A stretch of 64,000 nucleotides of DNA from Phoronis australis (GCA_002633005.1 NMRA01000045.1:1109552-1173551); one strand, 5' to 3'. Positions 1-13,631 are shown, numbered from the stretch's first letter. Notes: a model not told the origin generated them from the letters alone. Numbers and translations are program-made.

Positions 1-1809
1 ATTGTCATTGTATTTCAACTGTTTGTGCGCGTGTCAGTTGCTTTTGAGTCACGCGTCCGAATTTGCGAAGCCGACTGATAGTGAGAAACAACCCGGCTTG
101 AAAAAATGGCCCACCATCTTTTCGTTCGGGGCATACGTTTTATCTATGTTTCAAATGGCTCGGTGTTATTTTTCGTTTGGTTTCCTTCCGCTTTTGCTAT
201 GATTTCGACATTAAACTGCCAGACGGATTCGATCTTTGGACGGCGGTAGGCTACATACCCTTACAAGAACTAGTTCCATTAGACCAAAGAGTGTGTCGAT
301 GGTGAGGTCAAAGTTTCGATTGGCGAGTCGTCTTTAGCTGATAGGCTCCGGCTTTGAATTAATTTAAATGTCAATTCCAGGGCTTAGATTGTTTTTTAAC
401 TACGCGCTGTCGGTGTTGTCCAATCAGTAATACATGTTAAAACATGTGACTATAATTACTGTTTATCATGTTCCCTGAAGTCTCTTGTTCTCATCCGACA
501 TGAACTAGGCGACAACGCGTTTTACGAAGACTTTACTGCTGTACGTCTTTTGGATTTCAATGAATAAGGGGTCATGAATGGAGATGACCAATGTAAAAGT
601 AAATTACATTGTCCAAGCGGAGATAGAACACCACACCGATAACAAATTTATTGATTTGTCTGTCATTTACGGCAGCGCCCAGCAACGTCAAAGAATATGC
701 TATAATACCATGTTTTGTTTACGGCATCCAATTTCAGGTGATATTAATTTCTGACAATCGTTAACTTCATATCACACACATGTGCCAACAAGTCAAAACA
801 AACTGAAAAAATAAACACTGATATTTGCTCGGCAAATTGCTTTTTTGAGTATGTGCCCAAGGGGTCCAATCGAAGAGACGATTTTGTTTTTTCCGTGATG
901 CAATTGCCATAATATGAAACTCGATACTTTTACTGCACCAGACTATTATTGATGGCAGTTGCAAAATGCATTTTAATGATTCTACCTAAATACTCTTGGT
1001 TCAAGTGTGCCGAAATGGGAACGGCTCCATGAAGTTGTGCGCAATTTTCAAGCTCATTGGTGTTGTAAACAACAGAAAAGGCCCGCAATTTCTTCTAGTG
1101 AATATGTTGTTCAAAGAAAACCTGTATAGAAATGCCGAGAATCTGATCTCAGATTATTAGTTGTCTAGGTTGGCCATTGCTTGACCTTGGGCATTGCAGT
1201 ACAGCACAAATGCCATTCGCATTATCCATGGTTTTGCTCTGTAGGAAATTTCCCCCACAAAACCAAAACGTAACAATCTCACTGTGACTTAATAATGTAT
1301 TTAACCATCGGCGTTGTGGACTTCTGAAACTGGACCAATTCGGTGGCATTTAACACTTACAAACACATGCTCCTCGACTGGTTATCAACTTTTCCAAAAT
1401 TTGGCGAGACGCTTTATGTTGATCGCAGAAAATATTTGTTCTATATGTTTACGCCGCGTGTGGGAAGCACGTGTCCGTTAACCGTAAGCGCTTAGAATAA
1501 CTCACATCATCAGGGATGCGTTCTGCTGTCGCTGTGCCGGATTAAAGAGGCCTTAAGCCATCCGTATGCTAGTCCAGTCCGGCTGTCCTCATCGACTAAT
1601 CTGATGTAAATTATGTATACATATTTAGTTCAGTTCGTGTAATTTGAATACAAATTGGAGTAAACCAAACAATTTAAAAGTTGAGATAACCAATGTATTC
1701 CGCCTACAGGAAAAGCTCTCACTATCATACTAGAGTGAGCATTTATTCAAATGCACATTAGCTTGTGCGTTAAACGTGATTCGCCATGCTATTTACTGCC
1801 CATGATTTT

Positions 1810-2560
1810 GCGAAGTTCCATTTTCTTGATTTTACGGAGGAAAAATCTTGGATTATATTTCTGTAATCGAGACCTCGTGCCTTTTCTCTTTCCATTCACA
1901 CAACGGCTAATTCGGGTATTTTTTTATTGAGACATCTCACCAGACTCTTTATTCGTTTGAGTTGACCATGAGATTCAAAAGCATCCTCAACACAGATTTT
2001 ACGTTTGGGAACGCTGTCCGAAATTGATCTATGCAAAATTATTTCATGCAGGTCCTTAAAATCCTTTTGGAGAGCGCAGTCATGGTTATTCTGTTTCACG
2101 CATGAAAACGCTACAGTTCACCAATAAGGCTGTCACGTAAATGAGTTCCCGATGCATTCCAGTCAACCAAAACGAAATCTTCCATGTATGTTAATATACA
2201 CAATTGCTCGAATACTCAAATTCTGCTCCAAAGCGTCCAGTACTGGAACAAAAGACTTAACTGAAAACTATCCCTGGGAGTAAGTTCTGCACCCCTGCCA
2301 TGGTGTCTCCGTCATCAGACTACTTTTTCTGTATCATTTTTCGTTTCTTCGCAGTTTTATCACTTACATAAAGCAATTTAGGTTAAGCTTCCTCTTCAAA
2401 TTCGTCAAAACAATTTCTGGCATTTCTAATAAACTGAAAAAGTGACGCATGTAATTTTGCATACGTGTTTATAGGCAACCCGTGGATCTTGTGGGCTTTA
2501 TTGGTTTTGTGAAGGCGATTCCAAAACTGTAGCATGAGGACAAGTTTACATCGTATCATT
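1810..2560 (-). pseudogene. Decayed hAT-superfamily (ZMYM1-like / Dimer_Tnp_hAT) transposase, C-terminal half
   Basis: Manual minus-strand translation with stops and frameshifts: ...LVLMLQFWNRLHKTNKA...YAKLHASLFQFIRNARNCFDEFEEEA*...ELTPRDSF/KSFVPVLDALEQNLSIRA...KDLHEIILHRSISDSVP...QLKRIKSLVR...ELAVV*MEREKARGLDYRNIIQDFSSVKSRKWNF. The tail matches the hAT dimerisation-domain pattern LKRIKxxLR...LAxLSIERE...LDYxxIIxDFAxxKxRK. Confidence 0.85.
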
Positions 2561-2679
2561 ATATTACCAAAACCAATCCTGGTAATTCTGAAATAGTTTA
2601 CGCGAACGTTTCTTGAAGTAACTAGACTACATGTACACTACGAAGATTTTCCAAAGTGATTTGTTGCAAATCTATAATA

Positions 2680-3210
2680 TTTAAATCACTCACTGGCAGT
2701 TAGACAGTACCACCCTCTCAACAGGCCGCAGTAGAGTTGGTAGTCATCCCACAGGCCCTCCATACACTGGAAGTTTTCCGAAGAATTATGTCTCACAGTG
2801 ATTAAATCATCAATGTCACGTTGCTATAAGTATATTTTGCGTATATATGGACACCTTATGGGACCATTGATGCCCCTTAACTCTTCTTAAGTCTCCCAAC
2901 TACAACTGTAATCAAACTTTTTTGAAAAGTCCTTCGTTCATTTGCCCAAATGGGCAAGGCAGCTGAACGAAGGACTGTTCGAAAAAAGTTTGATTACAGG
3001 AGTGTTTGTTCGAACTGGAAGGAATTAAGGACATCAACGGTCTCCTATGTGACCCTCAATGCGCAAAAGGTGATTATAGTTACATGACTTTGATGGTTTA
3101 ATTATTCGCCGATAAGCTTTCGGCGTTTGGAGGACCTATGGAATGACTATCGCCTCTTTTGAAGCCAGTTGAGACGGTGGTACTGTCTAACTGACAGCTC
3201 GATTTGTTAA
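2680..3210. mobile_element. Foldback / MITE-like element with long imperfect inverted arms
   Basis: TGTAATCAAACTTTTTTGAAAAGTCCTTCGTTCA (~2907) is mirrored by TGAACGAAGGACTGTTCGAAAAAAGTTTGATTACA (~2998). The arms continue out to CAGTTAGACAGTACCACC (~2697) versus GGTGGTACTGTCTAACTG (~3176). A related copy lies at ~61990-62320. Confidence 0.8.
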
Positions 3211-4213
3211 AAGCTTCTGACTTGTTTATATCACTTGTGAGTTTCGTCATGTTATATTCGCCTCCATCAGTAGCGAGTTTGACTACTGTCTGCGGTGCAC
3301 TTTTGCGAGCGTTGAGTTGGGGTGTTCTGTCTGATAGAATGCCATGTTTCCGTTCCATAATCAGAGATTTCTCGCCGCAAGTACATTAGGCATGCGGGGT
3401 ACCTTGGGTCTACAGAACGCATCCGAGGTCTATACATCATGTCACAAATTGTACTGATTATCTGCACTTCGCGCTTCCGTAGTAGGAAAACACGCCTTTG
3501 TAAGAAATACAGCATGTTTGAATGAGAAATATCAAATGCCAGACCAATAATTAGAATAAAATATAAGCCCCAGTCTTTACAAATGCTTGAAACAATTGCT
3601 CCAATTCACATCAGCGCAATCAATACTTCATTTTCAAAATGCGAAGCCATCCAAAGGCTTTTGTGTGTGTGTATTCTGATAGTCGAATCAATAGCTGTGG
3701 AATTCATCTTTTCGAACACTATAGCTGAAAAGCGTAAGATAATATAAGGAACACGATATATTTAACCGAGAAAATACCTAAGATGTCAAATATTAACCCA
3801 GGTGGCGCTGCAATAGTACTGTAACTTACTATGGACTAAATGTTGAGATTTTAAAGCCCGTGTAAGAAATATTGAAAAACGCAATTTGCTTGTTTTGGCT
3901 GTTTTACACTTACCATAAATAACTGTGCGTGTATTTTTATTGGATTTCAATTCTTGTTTGCTCATTCACTGTCAATGCAAATTTGATGCATGCAACAGTG
4001 ACGCAGTGCGAGACTGCACTTGAGTCCACCGGGTAAGTCATCTGATTGGTCTGTAAGCCGGAAGTCGTCATCAAGAACCAATTGGATGTCTTAGCCGATT
4101 AACCACTAACGGGCGGAATCGGTGAAGTGAATCAAGTGCAGCCTTTATCTTCTCAAAAAATTATTTGAAATGAGTATTTAGTTTAATTTAATCCAGTCAT
4201 TAATATTTTCTAG

Positions 4214-4330
4214 GGTAAAGGAACGTTGGCGACTTACTGGCTTCACGGGAAAAAAGGTTTCCAAGTCAGTAGAGTTAAGCAGACGACATTCGCAAATAAT
4301 TGGAGCGAAGATTTATTCACAGCAGAGTAG
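4214..4330 (+). CDS. C-terminal exon of a receptor (membrane) guanylyl cyclase, NPR/GUCY2-like; earlier exons not found in the window
   Basis: Acceptor TATTTTCTAG at 4213, phase 0, translating GKGTLATYWLHGKKGFQVSRVKQTTFANNWSEDLFTAE*. K|GKGxxxTYWLxG is the conserved end of the class III nucleotidyl-cyclase domain of guanylyl cyclases. An internal donor CAA|GTCAGT at 4265 could mean the gene continues downstream. Confidence 0.85.
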   Translation, partial: GKGTLATYWLHGKKGFQVSRVKQTTFANNWSEDLFTAE

Positions 4331-4399
4331 AAACAGGGTAAAGTAGAAGCACGTGCGACAGTGAAGAACGCCTCTTGTTATGTTGACTTCTAGTGTAAA

Positions 4400-4660
4400 C
4401 ATTTGACACCTTCTGGGGTCAAAGGTCAAAGAGAGTAAAACTACATGCCTTGCGCATGCACATACATGCAAACATAATTTACACATACATAAATACAGAC
4501 AAACGCACTTTAGTCACACAACTATACATACATACCTAAATACAGGCAGACACATACAGTATGCATGCATACATACATACGGTCATATGTTCATCCACAA
4601 ACATACGCACGAAGACATGTAATACATATACCATGTTACACATACACATAAGCACAATCA
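4400..4660 (+). repeat. Degenerate (ACAT)n microsatellite tract preceded by GGGGTCAAAGGTCA; probable end of a non-autonomous element
   Basis: Repeated ACAT/ACAC/ACAG tetramers at 4441-4650. Confidence 0.6.
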
Positions 4661-7299
4661 TGAATTACAAATGACAAAGATAAATTGTCAAAAATCTTAC
4701 TAACTTTGGAGCTTCGTCAATAGACTTGTACTGAATGTATTCTGGCATAACTTTCTGCCTCTGACGTACAGTCGAAAGAAAATTTTTCCGAGAGTCATGC
4801 TGGCGAGCATAACAGTCCTCGTAAAAACTCTTGCAGTAGGCTGGCTACCACTATAGTAGGATACCTGAGAAGTGACATGAAATAATTGTTTCAGCATTTT
4901 AGTGTGAATTTTGAAGTATAAAGGTTGGTCACTGACATTCACATCTTCTTAAATAGTGCTCAGAGTTTTTCTTTTTTACTTATTAGTTCCGTAAGGCTCC
5001 GCTGCGAGCGCTGTTTCTCGTAACGTCGCTGAGACTGTACAGTAAATGATATAGGTCATTGCGGTGCGAGTACATATTCCAACCAACAGATCAACCTGTG
5101 CATACTCACAACTTTTTGTTTTTCTTCCCTGTGACGTTGGTTTATCCCGGAGCCTTGCCAGCCAGCTAGCTGTATGAAGACTATCGTCCAAATACAGCTA
5201 GGTACCAGTACCACTGTGTGTTGCCAGTGAGCTCTATTAGACTCCGAAATTTCACACAGCCCGGGCAGTTCTGCTGGTCACCTCGTCGTGAAACTTACAT
5301 CAACATGTAGAGCTAGAAACCGGCAGGGGTGCATGCAAAATCTACTAGTAGGTGTCAACCAACAATCACTTTGCCCGCTGGAGCAGTTTGAGAGAAAAAC
5401 AACCTAATAAACGTCTTTTTTTGCATAATTCTCCGCCTTTCATTTGTAACAAAGAAAAATCAGGCGTCGTTTTGAAAACAGTATGGGCCATTTCCTAAAA
5501 TTTTGTGACATCTCACGCAGGAGAATTTTTTTTTCTGAAATTCGGTTTGCTGGTATTAAAATACTAAAAACTTGAAACGAAATGAAACCAGTTCCGATAA
5601 TTTGTTGTGACATGTAGGCAACTTAGTGGAAGAGAAGAACAATGCGATCGCTTGCTGTACTTGGAAGAAAAACTCGGGGGAACGAAACTGGCCAATAAGG
5701 CAACAGGTCGGGTGACGGCTCCGAAAGCCGACCCAAAAAAGCGCACCCCAATTTTAGCAGGAGAGTCACGGTGAAAGGTAAATAAGGAAGAGTGTAGTTA
5801 ATTTGTGTCAGACTTTATTTGATCAGTTGCCCACATCGGCTCAACGGCTGTATATTCAGTATACGGCTTTGCATCTTGCTAAGGCTAAACGCAGTCTGGG
5901 CCTCAGAGCTGGCCAGATGCAGAACGGCACTGATCGTTCCATGAATCATGCGCGCTCCCAGGGGGCTCGAACCTGATGCGAGCCCCTCATTTGGCGAAGT
6001 GGGCAAAAAGGTCCACCTCAGAGAAACAATAACTCCGAAACGAAACAAAAGTCGCCTAAAAGGCAGGAACTACCAAAATTCGGCGAATGCACTACTCACA
6101 GCTCTGAACGTACCCCGTGAATCTAAAGGTCGATATTCTCAAGAAATCGAGCTCTCCCCCCATTTTAAGGCTGAGTACGCGCGTGTAGTCAACACTACAC
6201 AACAGTAAACTTGTGTTATGAACTTTTGACAGCCGAGATCGCAGACGATACATATTAGGCATAGTTCCTTAGCCGACAGCCCTTCACCCAATGACTACAC
6301 AATAAGCTTAATTTATCTCATTCATTGCCTTCACCCACGGTACAGCCTCAGTGACGTCACACGCGCGGTAGCCAATAGGAATTAACATTGGAAAAACACC
6401 TTTTTACAAAACTGCGAAAGAATAACACAGATGTGGTTTCTGATATAGACTTTATTCATAAACTAAATTGTATTAAACTGCATGTTTTTGTACTTCGGGA
6501 ACCACGCGAACAACGCGTTTCAGTGGGAGATCTAGGATGTCGTAAAGCGGACAACCACGTTTGTGGTGGTTGCATCCATTGGGGGCCCCACTACTTAATC
6601 CGCTTATGCGTGTTCACTAGCAGGGTTCTTTTTTCATGAGCACATTTTACACTTGTGCTCCTCGTTTCTTTTTTTTTCTTTTTTTCTTTTTTTCTAAAAA
6701 ATGGCGCATTCCAATAGCTTTCGTCGACATCTCGATTTTCATCTACTCGCTTGCATCCATTCACTACTGACATCAATTTCGAGGGACAAGATAAACTTCT
6801 GTTCTATACTGTGATAGAAGGCAAGAGCAAGCATGTACTTTTCATTCTGTGAAAACTGTTTACACTAAATTCAGTCCGAGCACTTAAAGTTATATTGAGC
6901 GCTGTTTCGGCAGGTCAACATTGACCAACTTCAAACTAGTACGAAGATGTTTATTGAGCCAAAAATAACACTTATGAGCTCCATTTCGACCGCAGTAAAA
7001 ACATGAAGTGTCATCTTGTATCATTTCACGAATCGATATTTTTACTGTTGTAAAATTTAATCAAAACATAGGTCAGTTGCCATTGTCAGGATATGAAAAC
7101 TACCCTTACCGAACACCACTTTCAATAAACCTTCCCATGGAACCTGAACTCCAACCATACTAAGGCGTTCTTACCACAGACAACTTCTTATACCAGCGAC
7201 CGAAAATATAAAACATTCGCACTCAAATAAATTTTTCAAGGGAACGATATCATTCTATATGTTGAATTTCGTGCTTGTCGTAGGTGGCTAACGGATCAC

Positions 7300-7900
7300 T
7301 GCCACAGTCGCCTGGGAAACCCCGCCCAGAAAAACCCCTCTTGCTATCGAATTCATTTGCGAATGAGGGAAGCAGCAGGAAGGAAACTAGGTTATCAAAA
7401 GTTTGAATGGTCAATTGCTATTGCTTGTGATTCCCGATATTACAATACAGTGTCATGCTTTTTTGTCTGAATGTACTCGCAGGTCGAGATGACGCGGACC
7501 AGATACAATATACAGGCTGGTGTGGTTGTACGTAGTAAATAGCACTGTGGGCGAATCGATATTCACTAGTAGTGGTGTTAGGAATAAAGGTCCCTCATTC
7601 TGGCATCTAAATAGATTGACAGCACGGAAAGCAGTCGTCAGTACAGGGGCGTTCCTGTGGTAAGGGACCCATGCGAATTTCCTGAGTGTACGTATTGCAT
7701 TGGAAGATCACTTGCGACACACGGTGAAGTTCGAGTTCTCTCCTTGTATGTAGTAAGAGTGTCTGAGTTTGGTTGGATTTCGGGTTCCATTGTCGGTTTT
7801 TGGCTTTTGTGCATGGTAAGAGTAATTGCCGTGTCTGGGTAAAGATGTGCACCCGCGGGTAAGAGTTGATGTCCCACTAGCAACATTTTGTACATTTTAA
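7300..7900 (-). pseudogene. Possible highly degraded tyrosine recombinase of a DIRS/Ngaro-type retroelement
   Basis: Frameshifted fragments LTRG...AITLTMHKS/KTDNG...GPL...EYIQT resemble the YR motifs SKTDQ, GPLF and RWxS...YIR. A G-rich terminal-like segment follows. The match is weak. Confidence 0.35.
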
Positions 7901-8209
7901 GATAATAACTGATTCACAGGAAGATACGTGTTCACAAGAATAGATTGCAGTGAGTGAGAAGGAAAGTACATTGAGCAAAACATAATTTTCATTAGAAAGA
8001 AGTGCAGCTGGTGAGGTAATGACGCGTAAACTGCTTCTGTAAATACATTAATTGTTTGCAGACACGGGAGTGAAGGTAATTACCCCTAGGAACACAAATT
8101 TACTTAAATGGTGCAAAGCAGAACGTAGCTGTGTTGCCCGAACGAATCGAAATGCAGCACCGGGTACTATAATTTACACAGATATGTCGGGAAATGAAAA
8201 ATGTCAGCA

Positions 8210-8640
8210 GTATACCGTATTCACCATGGGTGTCTGTGAGGATCTGCGCTAATAGGCGAATCTTAGGCGCATGTACCAACATGTGAACCACTTGGGTAAG
8301 AAAGGCCGAGAAAAAAGGCATCATTTCGGATATAAGCCCCTGTGCCTAAAGGCGTGGAATACAAACTATTTACCAAATTTCTTGAAAATAACCCTAGGAA
8401 CTCCAAAGATAGAGCCAAACGTAGAAATTGCCCTTAGGAGACGAAGTACTGAGTTGCGCTTATATGGGAATTGGTGTACGGACCTATGCTGGGGACATTA
8501 CCTGGGCTTATGTGCGAAACTTAGGCGCATGCACCAATATGCGAACCACATGGGTAAAAAAATCAGCGACAAAAGACATTATGTCAGATATAGCGTCATT
8601 GGCTAAAAGCACTGCAATACGGTATGTGGAAATATCAGCA
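8210..8640 (+). repeat. Diverged tandem duplication, period ~259 bp
   Basis: TTAGGCGCATGTACCAACATGTGAACCACTTGGGTAAG at 8262 and TTAGGCGCATGCACCAATATGCGAACCACATGGGTAAA at 8521, with continued similarity downstream. Confidence 0.75.
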
Positions 8641-9399
8641 TCTTCCATACAAATATCTTGTTCAACCATTTTATTTTCTCAAAAGTACCTCTGGTGAAAA
8701 TTTAATGTCGTGATTTGAAAACGACGTCAAAGTGAACCAACTAAATTAAGTTATTTCCAACACTCTTACACACGTAGTTTAAGCCATTTGAAAACGAGGG
8801 CAGTTGTTGAGGGTTTCATTGTGGCAAGTGGAAACAGACGAATTGTGAAGAATGCGCTAACAGAACAAAAGATGGTCATCTTATAATACACGTACGCTTC
8901 GTAACAACTGTGAAGATAAAACATTCCAAATATCTTCGAAAACCGTTACTTGACAACTTAATTCAACCAAAACCAACTCATGTGGGTTACTCTCGTTTCT
9001 GAGTGGTGAGGGAAGAAGAAAGTGCTTACCCTGAACATCCATGTAAAAATATTGGGATCAATTTGCGCAGATGTAGAAGCGGGGCCCAAGGGGGAGGGGG
9101 GGTTGGGCGAATGCACTCCCCACCCAATCATGAAGTTGGGTGGCAGCGCTGCCTCTGCCTCCAATACGGACGTGTTCCCAAATAATTTGCAGCCGAGAGG
9201 TGAAACATCCGCGGCAACCTGCACAGGCATACGGCGGAGGAAGGGTCAGTGGAGAAGAATAAAGACACACCGAAACATATAGACGAGATAAAATTTCATA
9301 GAACATTTGTCAACTTCTAATGCTGGGAATTAATGACGTGGAATGTTTGGTTTATTATCATGACTCTACGAGAAGTTTTATTTCGACTGTCTGTCACTG

Positions 9400-9990
9400 A
9401 TGCCAGTGCCATCCGGAACACCTCAGGAAATGTAGCTTCAATTTCCTCTCGGAGGTGAAGGTCATCTGCAAACTTCCATCATTCGGCCAATCGATCATTC
9501 TCCATTTTGAATGCCACGTTATTTGCTGTATAACTGAAGTTAGCGCGCACCGGTGGCCAGGGTTTCGTTCTCAATACGTTATCCATGCATTTGCAACGAA
9601 AAATCTTCGCTTATGGAACGGAAACTGTATCTGAATTCTATCCCGTAACTCATTAATTCTGCCGGCACAATTCGACATTCAAACCTTTCCGGCCAATCAC
9701 TTTAGTTGCCTCCATTTTCCTAGGTTTCGCTAGTAAAGTCTCGCGCATATTCTCGGAGTACTCGCCATTTGCGTGGTCTTGCTTGATCCTCCTTTTTCTC
9801 GCAAGAAATATGGACTACGAGCGCTGTCACGAAACCGTTTTCTCCTTTGGAAATTTTGAGGCTACGAAAATACCCGAGGTATTGCTAATGCCCTCAGAGG
9901 TGTTTCATATTTGCTCTTGTGCAAACTTCAATCATTACAGCAAGTCCTTTGAACGAAGAGAGAATGCCGACGAATACGCCGGGACAACCC
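9400..9990 (-). pseudogene. Degraded non-LTR retrotransposon (CR1/L2-like) reverse transcriptase fragment
   Basis: Minus strand reads WKFADDL at 9478-9458 (YADD-type catalytic motif). Upstream, in the correct order, are degenerate SLRS, KG..VTALV, DH, LRDRIQ and (G)TK.. motifs, with many stops. Confidence 0.55.
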
Positions 9991-10320
9991 TGCGATAGCA
10001 GGTTTAAACAATAGTTAACAGTATACCAAAAGGCAGGTTAAGAATAGCTCACTTGCGAGTTTCTCGTTAGTCAATGTGACGTCACCGGAAAAGGGGAAAA
10101 ACCCGCCATATTGGTCTTGTTTGGCCCCGAGTCTTTGCTACACACGCTAAATTTTACTGGAGTTCTTATGGTGAATTTTACGCTTAAAACGTTAACACAA
10201 CTTAAAAGATGGTAGATGGATCGTGGAATAACTGTGAATGGATGAAGAAAATGTGAACTTGTTATGTTGTGCGAAGCTGTGAACGGACTGAAATTGGAAC
10301 TCAACCCAGTCTAGGCCTGA

Positions 10321-10925
10321 ATGCCGCAAGCATACAGGAGCGATAGTTTATCCCCATAAAAACTTACTCACTTCAAAATACAGCAAATAAAATCAAATGA
10401 AACATGCATGTGCGCACATGGAGTTATAATTAATTAACACATACCCTGACTCTGGATACAATTTAGTCTACAAATAACTTGAACCTATCCATGAAAACCT
10501 CGCGGTTCGCTTAAGTTTCTCTCACAGTGCGCCATTTTGAGGAAGTTACGAGAAATCACACACAATAAGTCCAAGGAAAACAAATCTTACAAATTCACTT
10601 GATATGTTCTCATGTTATTTTGCAAGTGTCACGCGCCAGGTATCGCGCTTCACTCAGTCTCGAGCTAGCCTTTGCCTCATACTCACCTGACCAGTTGAAC
10701 TACTTTGTGGTTATCGCGCGCGACCATAATGTGGAGTTGGAATTCTTCGCCAAAGTCACCTGAATTCCCGTAGCTATGCTTCATCGAAGATATGTTTAGA
10801 GGCAGAAAGGACCACTGGAGAAAGTAAGCGTCTTTTTAGGTGACAATTTTAGATGTAAAATGTATTTTTGACGTGGTGAAAACTTCATCAGTGAGCGGAT
10901 TTCGCCTATCGCCCGTTTAAAATAC
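10321..10925 (+). repeat. Dispersed ~600-bp repeat, copy 1 (copy 2 at 61238-61846)
   Basis: Collinear similarity, e.g. GCCATTTTGAGGAAGTTACG, AAATCTTACAAATT, TATTTTGCAAGTGTC and GAATTCTTC are shared in order with 61238-61846. Confidence 0.85.
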
Positions 10926-11290
10926 ACGAAACGAAATTTGTACAAAACGCGATAGTACGTATTGTTGTGCGAATGTGAATTTCATTTGCCCTAACAGCAA
11001 TGCTTGTTTGGCATTTTTCGAACTAAACGGTCAAAAAGTGGAAGAAAATAACAGAACACACTCTGCTAACGTATTGGGCAAATGAGCCAAACGACAAGCT
11101 TTTGCCCCACTTCCCGTGACGTCACAGTTAAGTCTCACGTAATCTCGCGTTATTGTTATAAACTCGCAAAAGGACTATTGAAAATAACTGTCGCGTACGA
11201 TATTTGAGACCTGCTATGGTAACGCCATGACTTTATCCGTCACTTTACCTAATCGCTCACCTGTACTGATTGAGGTTCGCACACGCACAT

Positions 11291-11481
11291 GTAAAACAGA
11301 TATCCCGGAGTCAAAAACAGACTCCCATACCTTCAAAACAGCTAACCAGTCAGAAAAACGCGAACCCCGAACCGGGCTTCCTGTTTTAAAGGTCGGGGTT
11401 CGTGTTTTAAAGGCTTAGGTTCGTGTTTTTCGGGCTGGTTAGCTGTTTTGAAGGTGTGGGACTCCGAGATAGTTGTTTTAC
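11291..11481. mobile_element. Palindromic MITE
   Basis: GTAAAACAGATATCCCGGAGTC...CCCATACCTTCAAAACAGCTAACCAG is mirrored by CTGGTTAGCTGTTTTGAAGGTGTGGGACTCCGAGATAGTTGTTTTAC. Confidence 0.8.
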
Positions 11482-13565
11482 CCCGCGATTCCAATTGCGA
11501 TGGAATACCTTGCTATATACACGCCAAGCCAACCCGATGTACCCTATTTCAGTACAAGAACATTATGCACTGACAAAACAAACAGAACGCGTAGATATTA
11601 TTCTTTCAGATATCATATTTTTATACCTAGGTGACTTCAGAAATGTTTACTACGGGTACGCACACAAGGAGTATGGCTACAACTTTCCTACTAGAGACTC
11701 CGGTCTCCGTTTTCCCACGACCAAAATAAGCGCTGCTACAACTGACGCCCGCCGTTGTAAGATGGCGCCCAACTCGTTTCTTATTCAGATTAAAGATTTT
11801 CTGTGGTTTGGAAGATCTTACAGTTCGTTTCACGACTTGAGTGCTAGAGCGATTTAGCCTGTTATTCCTCTGGGACTAATATCGACTCTTATATACCAGA
11901 AATAATAACGCTTATTTTGGCCAGCCAGTAGGCTGCTACTTTGTAACCTGTGAATATTTGACGTGTCTACACTGCTTCACTATTTGTAAGACTTTTTTGT
12001 ATTATATTTTTAATTGTTAGCGTTGTCATTTTATTTCTATCTTTGTATATACCAAGACATAAATATGCATTTGATTGTAATATTAACACTGTGGATGACA
12101 TTAAAGAGTCTAGGTGCTCGTTTCACACTAGTGCGTAAAACAAAAAAATGGTCCGCAAGTTGGTGGCTTAAGGTGAAAGTTTAATCGCTGGCAAGAAGTT
12201 CTTTTACTCGTCAATAAATGCAGCCATCTAGTCCTAAAGAGCTGCTAAATCAAGGGTGCCAGACAATCATACGTACGTCGAACTTCCAATCAAACGCTAG
12301 AATTACTTTATATCCGCTCGAGCCATGGAATCGTGCTAACTTACGAACCACAACATCAAAAGTGCGCCCAAAAAATCATGTATTCGACTGCAAACTCCAT
12401 CGTTCGAACAAAACCCGACGTACGATCGGATCATGTTGTTGTTGCGAAAGATCGTGAAATAGTGATCCCATCGTGACCGATTGGTTTTTCGTTACCGTAG
12501 GTAGGATTGTTTGTTCATACCTATGTATTACGCATGATTCAATAGTTTGAGCGGATGATGAAGTGGTTCTGGTTTACAATTTGAAGTTCGATATTTTCTG
12601 ATAATCGCGTCAAAAAGAACGCACAGTCGCGAACACTTATTCTTTTTAGGAAGGGCTTCTATTATTCTGCAGTGTGCGACTTGAGCAAGCCACTCGTAAC
12701 ACTAATTGTTAAGTGTCTCTGTATGTGTATGCAGAGTAATGTGTTGATTTCGGTGATATTTTCATTTTAATAGACTTTATGACAGGAGAAAAATTACGGT
12801 CACTTGGTTACTTAATTCAATGGACAAAATAGTGTAATTGTTACAAAATCTTAACTAGATTAGACATGTTGACCAGCCTATACTTGACGTTTCTCTCGTA
12901 CGATGCATTCAGAATATTTATCGACACTGTTTGTGTTCCAAACAACGCTTACAAAGTTTTCAAATACTACATTATTATCAATCCCAACTTGATTTAGATT
13001 TTATTAACTACGCATAAGTGTTAAACATTAGTTCCTTAATTAATCGTAGTGTGTGAAACTCATGAACCAATGTTCTCTTGAAGTGTTCCGAGCATACTGC
13101 CGCGAAACACATCGTCATCATGATTGACTTCTTAACTAGATAATGCAATGAAATATATGTATTCGAACTTACGCTATTTCTTTACTCCAGAAGTCAGACT
13201 GAGCCTGATGCTGAGCACGACTTTTTGAGACCTGTGACGAGGATGTATAGCTTTCAAGTTAAGCGTCTCTTTGGCCCTCGGGCCATAATTTTGTAGTCCG
13301 AGCTTGACCACATTCCTTTGCTGTTATTTTTGAAGTTCTTGTACATACACAATTATGAAACATCGCCGAGGGATATTTCTAAACTTGTATAACAGGGCTC
13401 GAAGCGAAGCATAACGGGAACTCGTCAAATGCAACCTGGGAATTTTGATAAGAAAAGGAAATGAGGTCGCCAACACAAGTTCATTGCGTATGCGGGGGTG
13501 CAAAAGTCTTGGCCCGCACAAGCGGTGCAAAATTAGCAGCAGAAAATGAAAAATCGGGATTCCTG

Positions 13566-13631
13566 CAGGGGTGGATCCAGGAATATGGGAAAATTTGAGG
13601 GGAAGCATAGTCCCCCTTAAATCCTCCACTG
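13566..13631 (+). mobile_element. Short hAT-like MITE (CAGGGGCGGATCC...AATCCGCCACTG family)
   Basis: Degenerate TIRs; 5-bp flanks TCCTG/GCCTG. Confidence 0.6.

Noticed and set aside
1149-1349. CAVLQC motif suggesting a THAP domain
   Set aside because: The downstream THAP residues (FP, W, CxxHF) are not recoverable in frame.
4040-4120. Cluster of CCAAT, CCGGAAGT and GGGCGG motifs resembling a promoter
   Set aside because: It lies in the intron just before the cyclase exon with no linked first exon. These short motifs can arise by chance or from transposons.
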